A DNA stretch of 64,000 bases from an uncultured euryarchaeote (lineage in GTDB: Archaea; Thermoplasmatota; Poseidoniia; Poseidoniales; Poseidoniaceae). Made by a program: the position numbers and the translations under genes. Positions 1 through 10,207 of this stretch are shown in pieces; position 1 is the first letter of the stretch; each line of letters starts with the position of its first letter. A model generated the notes under the pieces. That model was not told where the DNA came from and did no database searches. It saw only the letters and a program-made list of their open reading frames with translations. The stretch spans positions 54,956-118,955 of the forward strand of contig CALDNA010000016.1 of NCBI GenBank assembly GCA_937915175.1, given 5' to 3'.

Positions 1-459
1 AATTAAATCCACTCCATTGTTGCTGTTGGGCACGGCAAGAAGACCGCCATCAGGTGACCAATCGATGTTGGTTGGTCGCGCATTAGCTGCCTGTTGCTTC
101 GTTGTCATCGTCATGGTGGCCATGTCAAACAGTTGGATCGAATCAGTTTCGGTCTCTGAACCCGAGACCGCGATGGCTAACATCGCTCCATCAGGAGAAA
201 ATTCGAGCGTTTGAACTGGTCGATTAAGTTCAACCGTTGTCAACACGGTGAGGTTATCGAGCCACATGACGGTCATGTGGTCATCATAGCCGCTTGCAAG
301 GTAGGTGAAATCGCCATCAATTGCAACGGCGCTTGAACCGTCCGCTACTGGTACGGTCGTCGCACCCTTGAACGAAATGTCAGAAGAGGCTGCAGAAGCC
401 ATTGTTGTGGTGAGCAGCAAGGCTGTTAAACACACAACTGCAAAACCCTTCACTCGCAT
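1..459 (-). CDS. Secreted WD40/beta-propeller-like protein, N-terminal part (runs off the window edge)
   Basis: Not in the ORF track. Manual translation from ATG at 459 is open to base 1: MRVKGFAVVCLTALLLTTTMASA (signal peptide-like), then repeated 'LEFSPDGAMLA' and 'IDWSPDGGLLA' motifs typical of WD40/propeller blades. Confidence 0.7.
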   Translation of the reverse strand, partial: MRVKGFAVVCLTALLLTTTMASAASSDISFKGATTVPVADGSSAVAIDGDFTYLASGYDDHMTVMWLDNLTVLTTVELNRPVQTLEFSPDGAMLAIAVSGSETETDSIQLFDMATMTMTTKQQAANARPTNIDWSPDGGLLAVPNSNNGVDLI

Positions 460-592
460 GCAATCGCCCCCACAAATCCCTATGAGACCTCCACCCCTAC
501 AAACAATCCGGTGCTTAAGTCGGAGAGTCTTTTTTGGGTGGATGAATAAAACCCATCGGTTGGTTCATCAAGGTCGCTCATGTCGAAAGGCC

Positions 593-1477
593 ATGGTGGC
601 ACAGTTACCCCTTGATGAAAACGGCAACAAAATAGTTCGAATTGGCCACTCACCCGATCCAGACGACGCCTTCATGTTTCACGCCATGACCACTGGGGCT
701 TTCCCTACCCCTGGTTACAATTTTGTTCACGAATTGCAAGACATTGAGACGCTTAACCACAGAGCGATGAATTGCGATCTCGAAGTTTCCGCTGTATCCA
801 TCCACGCCTTTCCAGAAATTTCCTCTGATTATGCGCTTATGAACTGTGGAGCCTCGATGGGTGAAGGATACGGACCAATGGTGATCTCCATGCAAGGTGC
901 AACAGAAGAAGAAGTTCGCAGCAACGTCATCGCAGTCCCCGGACTGAAAACCAGTGCATACATGGGTCTACGGTTGGCTTGGGGCGATTGCGAAGTTGCA
1001 GTTGTGCCTTTTGATGAAATCATCCCAAGGGTTCTCGACGGAACTTACCTCAGCGGATTAATCATTCATGAAGGCCAATTGACTTATGTTGAACACGACC
1101 TCCATGTCCACATTGATCTAGGCATCTGGTGGAACGAGCGAACCGATGGCTGGCCAATGCCACTTGGTGGGAACGTCGTTCGTCGGGACCTCGGACAACA
1201 AGCTATGGAAGACATTACGATGTACACGAAGATGAGCATTGAATTCGCGCTCAAATCCCCAGCCGATGCCCTGGAATTTGCCAAGAAATGGGGCCGAGGC
1301 ATCGATGACGAAACCAACAAAGAATTCGTCGGCATGTACGTCAACGATCGAACCATCGATTACAAACCAGAAGGCCGTGCTTCAGTTCGCCGATTTATCA
1401 CCGAAGGTCAAGACCTTGGTTTGATTCAATCGGATTTCAATGCAGTCGATATGGCGTTTATCGGTTCCAATGAGTGA
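593..1477 (+). CDS. mqnD: 1,4-dihydroxy-6-naphthoate synthase (MqnD/MqnA family, futalosine menaquinone pathway)
   Basis: N-terminal GHSPDPDDAFMF, GLIIHEG, PMPLGG and MYVN motifs of MqnD. Start moved to ATG 593 because the ORF-track extension overlaps the divergent gene. Confidence 0.85.
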   Translation: MVAQLPLDENGNKIVRIGHSPDPDDAFMFHAMTTGAFPTPGYNFVHELQDIETLNHRAMNCDLEVSAVSIHAFPEISSDYALMNCGASMGEGYGPMVISMQGATEEEVRSNVIAVPGLKTSAYMGLRLAWGDCEVAVVPFDEIIPRVLDGTYLSGLIIHEGQLTYVEHDLHVHIDLGIWWNERTDGWPMPLGGNVVRRDLGQQAMEDITMYTKMSIEFALKSPADALEFAKKWGRGIDDETNKEFVGMYVNDRTIDYKPEGRASVRRFITEGQDLGLIQSDFNAVDMAFIGSNE

Positions 1478-1577
1478 TTTGGATAAGGTAAAAAGGACCA
1501 TAATTCACCTCATTGGAATGAATCAGGGCTCAACTTCAAAGACTCGAAGCGAATGAAAGGAATCAAGGGGAACCCTC

Positions 1578-1787
1578 ATGCCACACGATCACATCAATCT
1601 TGCTCAGGCCCCAAACGGAGAAATCGGCCCCCGTTGCGAAGAATGCGGGATCCGTCTTACGTTTGGCAGCGCCATGGTTGTCGGAAAATTCTACATGTGC
1701 TGGGATCATTACGTCGAGGCTACAGGCGCAGGTACTGCTACATCCATCGGTGAAGCAGAAGACCGCTTCTGGATGGCCAGCGAGTGA
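1578..1787 (+). CDS. Small putative zinc-finger protein (CxxC...CxxH)
   Basis: 69 aa with CEEC and CWDH; fills the gap before priS. Confidence 0.6.
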   Translation: MPHDHINLAQAPNGEIGPRCEECGIRLTFGSAMVVGKFYMCWDHYVEATGAGTATSIGEAEDRFWMASE

Positions 1788-1841
1788 GCATCCACGGTCT
1801 TCAAGAACCTTCGACTCCTCATCACCTTTGAGGCGATTTTA

Positions 1842-3044
1842 TTGGCAACAGGCTGGGCTCGTTTCGCACACCGCTTTAGTGCGTATTATCGCAGTTCTGA
1901 ATTTTGGGCACCGCCAAGGATGAAGACTCGCGAATGGATGTTTATTCCATTCGGAGGTGCTCCACCTATTCGACACAAGGGATTCAGCGATATGCAAGGT
2001 GTTCGCCAATTCTTATCCGACCGCGCCATGCACTCATGCTTCTATTCTACAGCGTATTGGGAACGGCCATTTGAAATGAAAATGGCTGACAAAAATTGGC
2101 TTGGCGCAGACTTAATTTTCGATTTAGATGGTGACCATTTACCCGGTGTAACTGACAAGGATTTCCCAGGCATGCTCGAAGTCATCCATGAACAAGCGTG
2201 GTCATTGTGGAACGATTTTCTGGAACCTGAATTCGGATTTGAAGAAAAATACCTCCAAGTGACCTTTTCCGGCCACAGAGGATTCCACTTGCACTACAGG
2301 GATCCAGCACTGTTTCACTTGGATTCAGAAGCTCGGCGTGAGATGGTGTCTTACATACGAGGCGAAGGTGTTGATGTCAAGGGTGGTTTGGCGCGATATC
2401 ACGACCTTACCAGCGAAGGATGGACGCGTCGGATTCGCGACGGTATGAGTGGGATGGTGACGAAATTACAAGGCATCGCAACGAAAAATGATGGCTATCG
2501 CAAGGAACTCAAATCACTTCATGAGGGTTTAAAATCGCAGTCTCAACGAGAGGGGCGCAAAAGCACCAAAGGTCAGGGGTCAATTGAACAACTCGCTTCG
2601 ATTGTCAATCACCCTGACCGGGCAAAAAGACTCAAGGATGGCAATTTCGGGGTTTTAGAGAAGCATCAATCTTTATTCTTGGACCTGTTAAAAACCGATA
2701 CTTCGGTTGTTTTAGGTTCTGCTGGCGAAACCGACGAAGTCGTAACCATTGACGTACGGAGGCAAATCAGATGGCCGACCTCATTGCACGGTAAATCCGG
2801 AATGCGCGTGTGTGAATTTCCTTTGTCAAGATTGGATCCCGATGGAACAAACCCGTATTCACCACTGCATGAAGCTCTAGCGTTGAGCACCCAAGATATG
2901 CTTACGGTGGAAATGACGGTGGATGATTCAATCGCTCAATTTGGAGACCAAGTTTTTGATCGTTCTGCCGGCGACCGTTTTGAAATTCATGAAGCGGGAG
3001 CCACATTCCTTGTGCTCAAAGGTTGGGCAAAGGTAATTGGTTAG
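1842..3044 (+). CDS. priS: DNA primase catalytic (small) subunit PriS
   Basis: AEP motifs FDLDGD, FSGHRGFH and IDVRRQIRWPTSLHGKSG. TTG start preceded by GAGG. Confidence 0.92.
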   Translation: MATGWARFAHRFSAYYRSSEFWAPPRMKTREWMFIPFGGAPPIRHKGFSDMQGVRQFLSDRAMHSCFYSTAYWERPFEMKMADKNWLGADLIFDLDGDHLPGVTDKDFPGMLEVIHEQAWSLWNDFLEPEFGFEEKYLQVTFSGHRGFHLHYRDPALFHLDSEARREMVSYIRGEGVDVKGGLARYHDLTSEGWTRRIRDGMSGMVTKLQGIATKNDGYRKELKSLHEGLKSQSQREGRKSTKGQGSIEQLASIVNHPDRAKRLKDGNFGVLEKHQSLFLDLLKTDTSVVLGSAGETDEVVTIDVRRQIRWPTSLHGKSGMRVCEFPLSRLDPDGTNPYSPLHEALALSTQDMLTVEMTVDDSIAQFGDQVFDRSAGDRFEIHEAGATFLVLKGWAKVIG

Positions 3045-3141
3045 GCGGATATTTATCCCGTTAGAACTCACGCCCTCAAGACCTGTTCTTGAGGTAAGGT
3101 TCAAGACCGCGTTACCATCCAGCGGTTTAGAGGTGAACCGC

Positions 3142-4131
3142 ATGGGTCTAAGGAAAGGCAAAAAAAACAAGGCTCCAATTGCGCCAGCTCTAGGGCTTCC
3201 ACTGCCGCCGTTGCCCGGTATGCCTCCTATGCCAGCCCCACCGGGTGCAGCACCAGCACCCCTCCCCGCAGCACTGCCACCTGCTCCGGCGCCGGCTCCT
3301 GCTCTTCCTTTGCCGCCTGCTCCGGCTCCGGCACCCGCTGCACCAACTCAAGACCAAAGTGTATGGGATGCCGCAGCAGCAGCCAAACCACAGGCTGACG
3401 ATGCATACGGTGACTTATGGGCAAAGCGCTCTGAGAAACCCCTCCCGCAGATTTACGGTCACATTGATCGAATCTCATCAGCCGATGCTGGTTCACTTCT
3501 CGACCGCTACGCCGACCGATTTGGCCACGCCCTTGATCGAGACATCATCGTTCTTCGAAAGAAAGAACATGAAGACAAAGTTTCCGAGGTCCGCGATGCA
3601 CCCGTCGTGGAACTTCTCGAAACAGATTCGGAAAGCGACGATATTTCCACTCAACTATCAATAATCGAAGACGAACTTCGATCATTGAAGCCAGAATACC
3701 AAGCAGCAAAACAATCCGGTGACGCACAAGTTCTTTCTGAACTGCGCCCCGTGCTTGAAGCGCTCATGGCAGAACGTAAGACGCTTCAAGCCATGATGAG
3801 TGGAGAAGCAGGTGAACCTTCAACCGCCAATCCGATCGGTGAAGAAGAACAAGCCGAGGATGACATGTTTGCAACCTTTGTGGCGATCGTCGATGAACTG
3901 TTAGGCTCCAACCTCTCAGCAGCAGTTGTTGAAGCATTCGTTGCAAGCGAAGACTTCGCTACCTACGAAGCAGTCGGAAGCGACCCACACAACGCCGATG
4001 AAGACATGCGTGCTGCTTTCTTCAGCATCGTTGACAGCCAACTTGGTAACATGGCTCAAGAAGACATTGATGCCTTTGTTTCTTCTGAGAATTTTGAAAT
4101 CTACAGCGCCATCGGCGCGCAATACCAGTGA
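3142..4131 (+). CDS. Hypothetical protein: Pro-rich N-terminus, coiled-coil middle, duplicated acidic C-terminal module
   Basis: ATG 3142 follows a GAGGTGA Shine-Dalgarno; long open frame; stop overlaps the next gene (GTGA). Confidence 0.75.
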   Translation: MGLRKGKKNKAPIAPALGLPLPPLPGMPPMPAPPGAAPAPLPAALPPAPAPAPALPLPPAPAPAPAAPTQDQSVWDAAAAAKPQADDAYGDLWAKRSEKPLPQIYGHIDRISSADAGSLLDRYADRFGHALDRDIIVLRKKEHEDKVSEVRDAPVVELLETDSESDDISTQLSIIEDELRSLKPEYQAAKQSGDAQVLSELRPVLEALMAERKTLQAMMSGEAGEPSTANPIGEEEQAEDDMFATFVAIVDELLGSNLSAAVVEAFVASEDFATYEAVGSDPHNADEDMRAAFFSIVDSQLGNMAQEDIDAFVSSENFEIYSAIGAQYQ

Positions 4132-5081
4132 GTGTGAACAGAATGGGATTACTAGACAAAGCAAGCGATGCAGGGGCAAAACCAGCAGCTAAGAAAGCCA
4201 CGCCCAAGGCAGTCACAGTGGCCAAAGCAATGCCAGCCAAAGCAATGCCAGCCAAAGCAATGCCAGCCAAAGCAAGGCCAGCCAAAGCAGTGAAGGCCGC
4301 AAAACAACCCAAAGCAGCGCGTGTGCGCAAGCCCATCATGAATAATTCCGGCCTCCCGGAAGGCTACGAAATTGCAACACAGAATTCTCGAATGCTCGCA
4401 TGGTTGATGAACTTCATTTGGAACTTTGGAGTTCTCTTTGGTGCCCTTTTCCTCTCGGTCATGGGCTCCACCCCCACAATTCCAGCTGTCGGCGCACTCA
4501 TCATGCTGATCATCAACCTCATTGTGATTCCAATCATGACTGGCCGCACTTTGGGCAATTTCATTTCACGAACCCGGTACATCACCTCCGCAGATGGAAA
4601 ACCTAATTTTATTCACGGTTTGCTTGTCAACTCCGTAGGACTCATGTCCCTTGTCGGTATCTCTCTTGTAATCTTCAACATGGGAAGTATTTTTGATGAT
4701 GCAGGCAAGGTACAACCAATCAACATCGGTTTCCTCGTTCTTGGGATCATCTTTGTCGCTGTTCGCATTATCGATGGACGATTCAAGAAAAACAGCGACC
4801 AGAATCAAGGCCTCTACGACATGCTCTTTGGAGCGTTCTTGGTCAAGTATGTCCCACAAGAGGGCGAAGAACTCACCGGCCTCGCTGCCCGCCTCGAAGG
4901 CATGGCAAACTTTGGCGATTCGTTCACCGCAAAGCGGGAAGAGTCCAGACTCAAGAAGGTCGGAAAGGCGGCTATTAAGGCTGAAGAAGGCGCAACTGAA
5001 CCCTCCGAAGATTCAGAGGAAAAGAAGTCAGAAGTTTCTAAACCTAAGGCTAAGAAAGCCAAGGCCAAGAAAGTCGAGTGA
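4128..5081 (+). CDS. RDD-like membrane protein with Lys/Ala-rich termini
   Basis: Pattern 'RMLAWLMN...GRTLG...QGLYDMLFG' resembles the RDD family; 4 hydrophobic segments. True start may be ATG 4143. Confidence 0.65.
   Translation: MSVNRMGLLDKASDAGAKPAAKKATPKAVTVAKAMPAKAMPAKAMPAKARPAKAVKAAKQPKAARVRKPIMNNSGLPEGYEIATQNSRMLAWLMNFIWNFGVLFGALFLSVMGSTPTIPAVGALIMLIINLIVIPIMTGRTLGNFISRTRYITSADGKPNFIHGLLVNSVGLMSLVGISLVIFNMGSIFDDAGKVQPINIGFLVLGIIFVAVRIIDGRFKKNSDQNQGLYDMLFGAFLVKYVPQEGEELTGLAARLEGMANFGDSFTAKREESRLKKVGKAAIKAEEGATEPSEDSEEKKSEVSKPKAKKAKAKKVE
4221..4289 (+). repeat. 15-bp in-frame tandem repeat GCCAAAGCAATGCCA (AKAMP), about 4.6 copies
   Basis: Three exact copies, one variant (GCCAAAGCAAGGCCA) and a partial copy, read directly from the sequence. 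Confidence 0.95.
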
Positions 5082-5099
5082 ATATCCTGCTAGATTGGC

Positions 5100-6083
5100 A
5101 TGGTTGACAAACGCTTCTCCCTACCTTATGCTTGGCTTGCAGCCACCTTAGCACTCATTGGGGCATATTGGTTCCACACGTTGCCGGCATCCTTTACTGC
5201 TGCACTTGTGCTCTACTGTGGGTACAACGCTCTTATCGAGCTGTATGTTGGAATGAGTTTTCTAACCCCCGGGAAGAAGAAACCATCCTATGAGGCAGAG
5301 GGTTGGACTCATCACGATTTAGCGTATGGTGCGGATTCCCTCCATGCGGTCGCGTTCAAGCAAGCGGGACCTGCTCCTCTTCTTATCCTGGTGCACGGAT
5401 GGCGTAGTTCATCTCGATCGGTCGGTGACAGAGGCGCTTGGTTTGCCCAACGAGGTTGGCATGTACTTCTTATTGAATTACCGAGCCATGGCGCATCCAC
5501 TGACATGAAATTTTGGACAGCGTACAAATCAATGCAGGCGATTAAAACCGTTTGTTCGGACTTAGACGCCATTTTCTCGAAAGAGGATGTCACCAAAGCC
5601 AGTTACTATGGCCATAGCATTGGTTGCTTCATCGGTCTTCGCCTAGTTGCTGATCGAGAATTTGTAGCTCTCGACCACTCAATGTCGAATATTATCTTGG
5701 AATCACCAATGACCATGTACAGTCCAATCTTAAACGAAATCGCACTCAAGCTGAGGATTCCATCGTTTCTCATGAGTGTCTATCGCAAAAGACTGATTCG
5801 ACGGTTTAACGCCTCAATTGGACAAAAGGGCTTATTTTCATCCATTGATGAATTTGATTTGCCGCTATGGGGTTTTCCAAATCTACCGACCCTCTGCATT
5901 CAGGCAGATCCGGACAATCGCCTAGGTATGGGGCATTATGAATTGCTCACCACGGCCTATGCTGATTCTGGTCAAAGTGACCTTCTGACAAGCCATCGAC
6001 TACCAGGCCTAACCCATGCAGGGGCGAAAGTAAATGAAGAGCGCAATCGATTGATCGCAGATTGGCTTGACGTGCAATCCTGA
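5100..6083 (+). CDS. Membrane-anchored alpha/beta hydrolase
   Basis: LVHGW oxyanion motif, GHSIG nucleophile elbow, C-terminal His (LTHAG); two N-terminal hydrophobic helices. Confidence 0.8.
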   Translation: MVDKRFSLPYAWLAATLALIGAYWFHTLPASFTAALVLYCGYNALIELYVGMSFLTPGKKKPSYEAEGWTHHDLAYGADSLHAVAFKQAGPAPLLILVHGWRSSSRSVGDRGAWFAQRGWHVLLIELPSHGASTDMKFWTAYKSMQAIKTVCSDLDAIFSKEDVTKASYYGHSIGCFIGLRLVADREFVALDHSMSNIILESPMTMYSPILNEIALKLRIPSFLMSVYRKRLIRRFNASIGQKGLFSSIDEFDLPLWGFPNLPTLCIQADPDNRLGMGHYELLTTAYADSGQSDLLTSHRLPGLTHAGAKVNEERNRLIADWLDVQS

Positions 6084-7118
6084 TCATTCTTGCTCGCTGG
6101 CATCTGCTTGCTCGCGTGCGAGTTTTCTCATGTCATCGACTTCATCGAGTTCGTCCACGATTTCTTCACCTAATAGCGTCTCTAAGACGTCTTCCATGGT
6201 GACGAGACCTGCAGTACCACCGAATTCATCTCGTACGACTGCGAATTGCTGGCGTTGGCCCAAAAACATCTCTAGCGCCGTGTCAACGGAGGTTTCAGTG
6301 TCCAAAAACATCACGTCCTTCCTCAATTCTTCCATCGTTGTGTCCCATTCATCTCGGCTTGCAGCCATCAATAATTGGGAACGAATGACAATACCAGAAA
6401 TGTCATCGACCGTTTCTTCGAAGACCGGGATCCTCGAAACTCGAATGATGTTGTGTTCATCAAGAACTTCTTTGATTGTGTCCTTGAGGTTAAATGCGGT
6501 CATCACGACACGCGGTGTCATGATTTCAACCACCTTCATTTCACCGAGTCGCAGAAGGTTGTGAATGACGGTTTCTTCATCCTTTTCGATGATGCCTTCT
6601 TCTTCACCGAGGTCTGCGAGGGCTGCTACGTCATCGCGTGTGAACAGGGCATCGTCTCCTTTGGGAAGGATTGACTTTAGCATTTGAATGGGTCCTATAA
6701 AGACGGCCAATACGACTGTAATCCAATGAAGAACATAGCCAGTGGGTTTTGCCAATTGCTTCCAGTATGCTGTCCCCAGTGTCTTTGGAATGATTTCGGA
6801 CAAGAATAAAACAAGCAATGTCAAGATCACCGATGCGTAGGTTAGGTATTCATGACCGAACACCTTGTCCACTTCAGCACCAACACCAGCGGCACCCATT
6901 GTGTGTGCAATGGTATTGAGGGTAAGAATAGCGGTCAGTGGTTTTACGGCATCATCAGACTTTAGATTGGCCCAGATTTTTCCTTTCCGCGTCCCGTCTC
7001 GCTCCCACATCGCAATTTGCGTATGGGGTATCGATAGGACAACTGCTTCCAGAATGGAGCATAAAAATGAGACGCCGAGCGCCAGTGTGCCGTATAAAAT
7101 GAGGATTGTGTAGTCCAT
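6084..7118 (-). CDS. CNNM/CorC-family (DUF21 + CBS pair) Mg2+/Co2+ transport protein
   Basis: SFLCSILEA, SEIIPK, IMTPR, SRIPV and DEFGGTAGLVTMEDVLETLLGEEIVDE motifs. Confidence 0.88.
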   Translation of the reverse strand: MDYTILILYGTLALGVSFLCSILEAVVLSIPHTQIAMWERDGTRKGKIWANLKSDDAVKPLTAILTLNTIAHTMGAAGVGAEVDKVFGHEYLTYASVILTLLVLFLSEIIPKTLGTAYWKQLAKPTGYVLHWITVVLAVFIGPIQMLKSILPKGDDALFTRDDVAALADLGEEEGIIEKDEETVIHNLLRLGEMKVVEIMTPRVVMTAFNLKDTIKEVLDEHNIIRVSRIPVFEETVDDISGIVIRSQLLMAASRDEWDTTMEELRKDVMFLDTETSVDTALEMFLGQRQQFAVVRDEFGGTAGLVTMEDVLETLLGEEIVDELDEVDDMRKLAREQADASEQE

Positions 7119-7297
7119 GCTGTTTCAGTGGCTCCTAGGTGACCGCTGTCTTTGCGTGGGACTCTTAGTTATTGAAAATGTTGGAACCTGCTTCTTCTTC
7201 ATCGCGGACGGAATTGGAGCGTATATTCGGAAACATGTCCTCTTTGAGGTTGAGTTTATGATGATTTTAAAGACAGGCCGCACACCGAACAAAACAC

Positions 7298-9577
7298 ATG
7301 ACCTCCGAACACGTTCTCATTTGTGTTGCTTGGCCGTATGCAAACGGTCCACTTCACTTAGGTCACGTTGCAGGATGTTACTTGCCACCAGACATCCAAG
7401 CACGCTTTGAGCGAGCGCTTGGAAATCGCGTCTTGATGGTGTCAGGTTCAGATGAACATGGAACACCAATCACGGTCTCAGCAGAACAAAACGGAGTCAG
7501 CCCTCAAGATATTGTGGACAAATACCACACAATGAACAGCCAAGCCTTACTGGATTTAGGTTGCGCATGGGAACCTCAAGTCGACCCTCGTGGCGTGGAA
7601 TACGGTGGAGCGCTGTTCAACAGAACGAGCGACCCACGCCACAAGCAAATGGTTCAAGATAATTTCACCGCACTCCTCGATGCAGGTTTGTTTGAAGAAA
7701 AAACGATGAAACAATATTACGAAACAAACGATGACGGAACAGGAAGATTCCTTCCCGATCGCTACGTCGAAGGCGTATGTCCTTCCTGTCAGGAAGATGG
7801 GGCGCGTGGCGATCAATGCGATGCATGTGGCGCAACCTACGAAGCGGAAGAATTGCTCCAACCTCGGTCGAAAATGAACCCGACAGCATCGATTGAAGTA
7901 CGAGATACCGAACACCTTTTCTACCGTCTTGATGCCTTCCAGTCAGCGCTTGAGCACCACGCTTCTGGCCAGCAAAAAGTCTGGAAATCAAACGTCAGAG
8001 CCATGACAAAACAATGGCTCGACATGGGCTTGCGTCCTCGTGCCGTCACCCGTGATCTTGCCTGGGGGATCCCGCTTCCTCTTGAGGGTGAAGAATGGAA
8101 TGGGAAATGTGTTTACGTCTGGTTCGAAGCTGTACAGGGCTATTCCACCTGCGCACGCATCTGGGCTGATTCGGTCGCACTCCAAGCCAACCACCCCGAT
8201 GGAGGGGATGCATGGAAAAATTGGTGGAATATAGCCGAGAATGGTGACGTACCGCGCCACTTGTATTTCCTTGGAAAAGACAACATCCCCTTCCACACCG
8301 TTATTTGGCCAGCCTTGATCTTAGGACTGAATCATGCCAAGAAAGGATTGACAATTGCTGACGAGGTGTTGCTTCCAGGGCCCGGAGAAATGGCGTTGGA
8401 AACCAACGTTCCCGCCATGGAATACCTGATGCTCGCAGGTGGTCAATTTTCCAAATCACGCAAGCATGCAGTTTGGCTACCATCATTCCTTGAGAGGTTT
8501 GACCCTGATACATTGAGGTATTATTTGAGCATCAACATGCCAGAGAATCACGATACAGACTTCAATTGGCCTGATTTTGTAGAAAAAATCAACACTGAAC
8601 TCATCGCAGCGTACGGTAATTTTGTCCATCGCGTCTTAACCCTCGGACACCGATTGCCATCAGGTGACAAGGGTCCACTGGAACCTGTCGAGGTGCCAAC
8701 ACTCACCGAAGCTCATCGAACAAAACTCGAAGAACTGCATGGCTCCATCACCGACTCGTTGTCGAGGCACCGATACAAAGAAGCCTTGAGAACAGTCATG
8801 AATGCATCACAATACGGCAACCAGATGCTTCAAGCCGCAACACCTTGGAAGTACCTCAAGGATGAAACCCCCTCGGAAGAACGCGAACAATCACTTTCCG
8901 ATTTGGCCTTTGGTTGGAGAATTGCCAGGTTCTTAGCGATAACCACCCAACCGTTCATGCCATTCAGTGCGGCACGTCTCTGGGCTGGTTTAGGCTTAAG
9001 CGGGGCTGTAAGTGAGGTCAGGTGGGAAGAAGCGGTCAATTGGAACGCTCCTATGGAATGGAATCCAGCGGACCCGCAACCTTTGTTTAAGCGTCTTGAG
9101 TTGGACGAAATATTAGCCTCTGAGCAATCTCTTGTCGATCCTGATGAAGCATCAGCGGCCGACCCCGGCCATGGCGTCAAAGGCAGCAAAAAGAAAAAGA
9201 ACACACCCCCGGAGGAAAAGAAAGTGAAAGAAGCACCAGAAGGAACAACATACCTAAATTTTGATACGTTCATGGAAGTTGATTTACGAGTCGGCAAAAT
9301 CACCACCGTTGAAGACCACCCAAATGCAGATCGATTGTATGTCGTCACAATTGATGACGGCACAGATGAGCCCCGCACCATTTGCGCTGGTTTGAAGGCG
9401 TATTATTCACCTGAAGAGATGGTTGGGAAATCAGTAGTGTTTGTGGCCAATCTGAAACCGCGACCGCTTCGTGGTGTTGTATCTCAAGGCATGATGCTCG
9501 CAGCAGACGATGGCAATGACAATGTCAAATTAGTCACCATTGACGGTGAAATTTCTACAGGATCTCAAGTCCGTTGA
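7298..9577 (+). CDS. metG: Methionine--tRNA ligase with C-terminal tRNA-binding domain
   Basis: PYANGPLHLGH (HIGH), QFSKS (KMSKS), Zn knuckle CPSC/CDAC, C-terminal OB domain (DLRVG...NLKPR...SQGMML). Confidence 0.96.
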   Translation: MTSEHVLICVAWPYANGPLHLGHVAGCYLPPDIQARFERALGNRVLMVSGSDEHGTPITVSAEQNGVSPQDIVDKYHTMNSQALLDLGCAWEPQVDPRGVEYGGALFNRTSDPRHKQMVQDNFTALLDAGLFEEKTMKQYYETNDDGTGRFLPDRYVEGVCPSCQEDGARGDQCDACGATYEAEELLQPRSKMNPTASIEVRDTEHLFYRLDAFQSALEHHASGQQKVWKSNVRAMTKQWLDMGLRPRAVTRDLAWGIPLPLEGEEWNGKCVYVWFEAVQGYSTCARIWADSVALQANHPDGGDAWKNWWNIAENGDVPRHLYFLGKDNIPFHTVIWPALILGLNHAKKGLTIADEVLLPGPGEMALETNVPAMEYLMLAGGQFSKSRKHAVWLPSFLERFDPDTLRYYLSINMPENHDTDFNWPDFVEKINTELIAAYGNFVHRVLTLGHRLPSGDKGPLEPVEVPTLTEAHRTKLEELHGSITDSLSRHRYKEALRTVMNASQYGNQMLQAATPWKYLKDETPSEEREQSLSDLAFGWRIARFLAITTQPFMPFSAARLWAGLGLSGAVSEVRWEEAVNWNAPMEWNPADPQPLFKRLELDEILASEQSLVDPDEASAADPGHGVKGSKKKKNTPPEEKKVKEAPEGTTYLNFDTFMEVDLRVGKITTVEDHPNADRLYVVTIDDGTDEPRTICAGLKAYYSPEEMVGKSVVFVANLKPRPLRGVVSQGMMLAADDGNDNVKLVTIDGEISTGSQVR

Positions 9578-10207
9578 TCAAGAATTAATTCGATCATGGA
9601 CAGCATGCATCACCAAGCGTGAACGAGCGGAGCATTCCTCCCTCATCCCAGTGGTAGCCTCTACAAGCGCCGATGACATTGATTCTGGTAATGATGAGAC
9701 GTTGATGTCTACATTGAACAGTGCCCCTTTGACGGCTGCACTCGCAAGCAACGATGCCACACCTACATCAGATGCAGCGTTCCCGTTTCCATTTCGGGCG
9801 AGGCCTTCTAAAACACCTAACAACTTCATGCCTAGTTGAGCAGTTTCCAACGGAACCTCTGCCGCTCTTAGGGTACCCGCACGGATCGCAGTGCGTCGTG
9901 TTGATTTCTCTTCTTCTGTTTCCTTTGGCATTCTAAAGGCTGCCACGACCAGATCAAAAGCATCGCTGTCTTCTTGAGCCAATGGACCCGAACGAGAAAG
10001 GACCTCGGCAGACACTTGACTTGCCACATCTGCTGCTGGCCAACCTGCGGACCATTTTTCCTTGCCGGTTGTAAGGTTGCAAACCATGGTGGTGAGGGCA
10101 GCGGCCTGGCCAAGAGCAACCGCAGCGGCAGTTCCACCACCGGGGGTGGGGTTATCCGATGCCAGAGCATCTTGGAAATCATTCAAACTCATCTCCATCC
10201 AATTCAT
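9578..10207 (-). CDS. Formiminotetrahydrofolate cyclodeaminase (FTCD C-terminal half)
   Basis: PTPGGG, EDSDAF and NAASDVGV motifs; directly downstream of the formiminotransferase. Confidence 0.88.
   Translation of the reverse strand: MNWMEMSLNDFQDALASDNPTPGGGTAAAVALGQAAALTTMVCNLTTGKEKWSAGWPAADVASQVSAEVLSRSGPLAQEDSDAFDLVVAAFRMPKETEEEKSTRRTAIRAGTLRAAEVPLETAQLGMKLLGVLEGLARNGNGNAASDVGVASLLASAAVKGALFNVDINVSSLPESMSSALVEATTGMREECSARSRLVMHAVHDRINS

Noticed and set aside
305..592. N-terminal extension of the mqnD ORF (likewise 12492-12647, 37195-37320, 41375-41695)
   Set aside because: These extensions overlap neighbouring real genes or promoters, and family motifs begin only at the downstream ATG.
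4221..4289. Short direct repeats as a possible CRISPR array
   Set aside because: The units are contiguous 15-mers without spacers, in frame within a CDS, and there are no cas genes.
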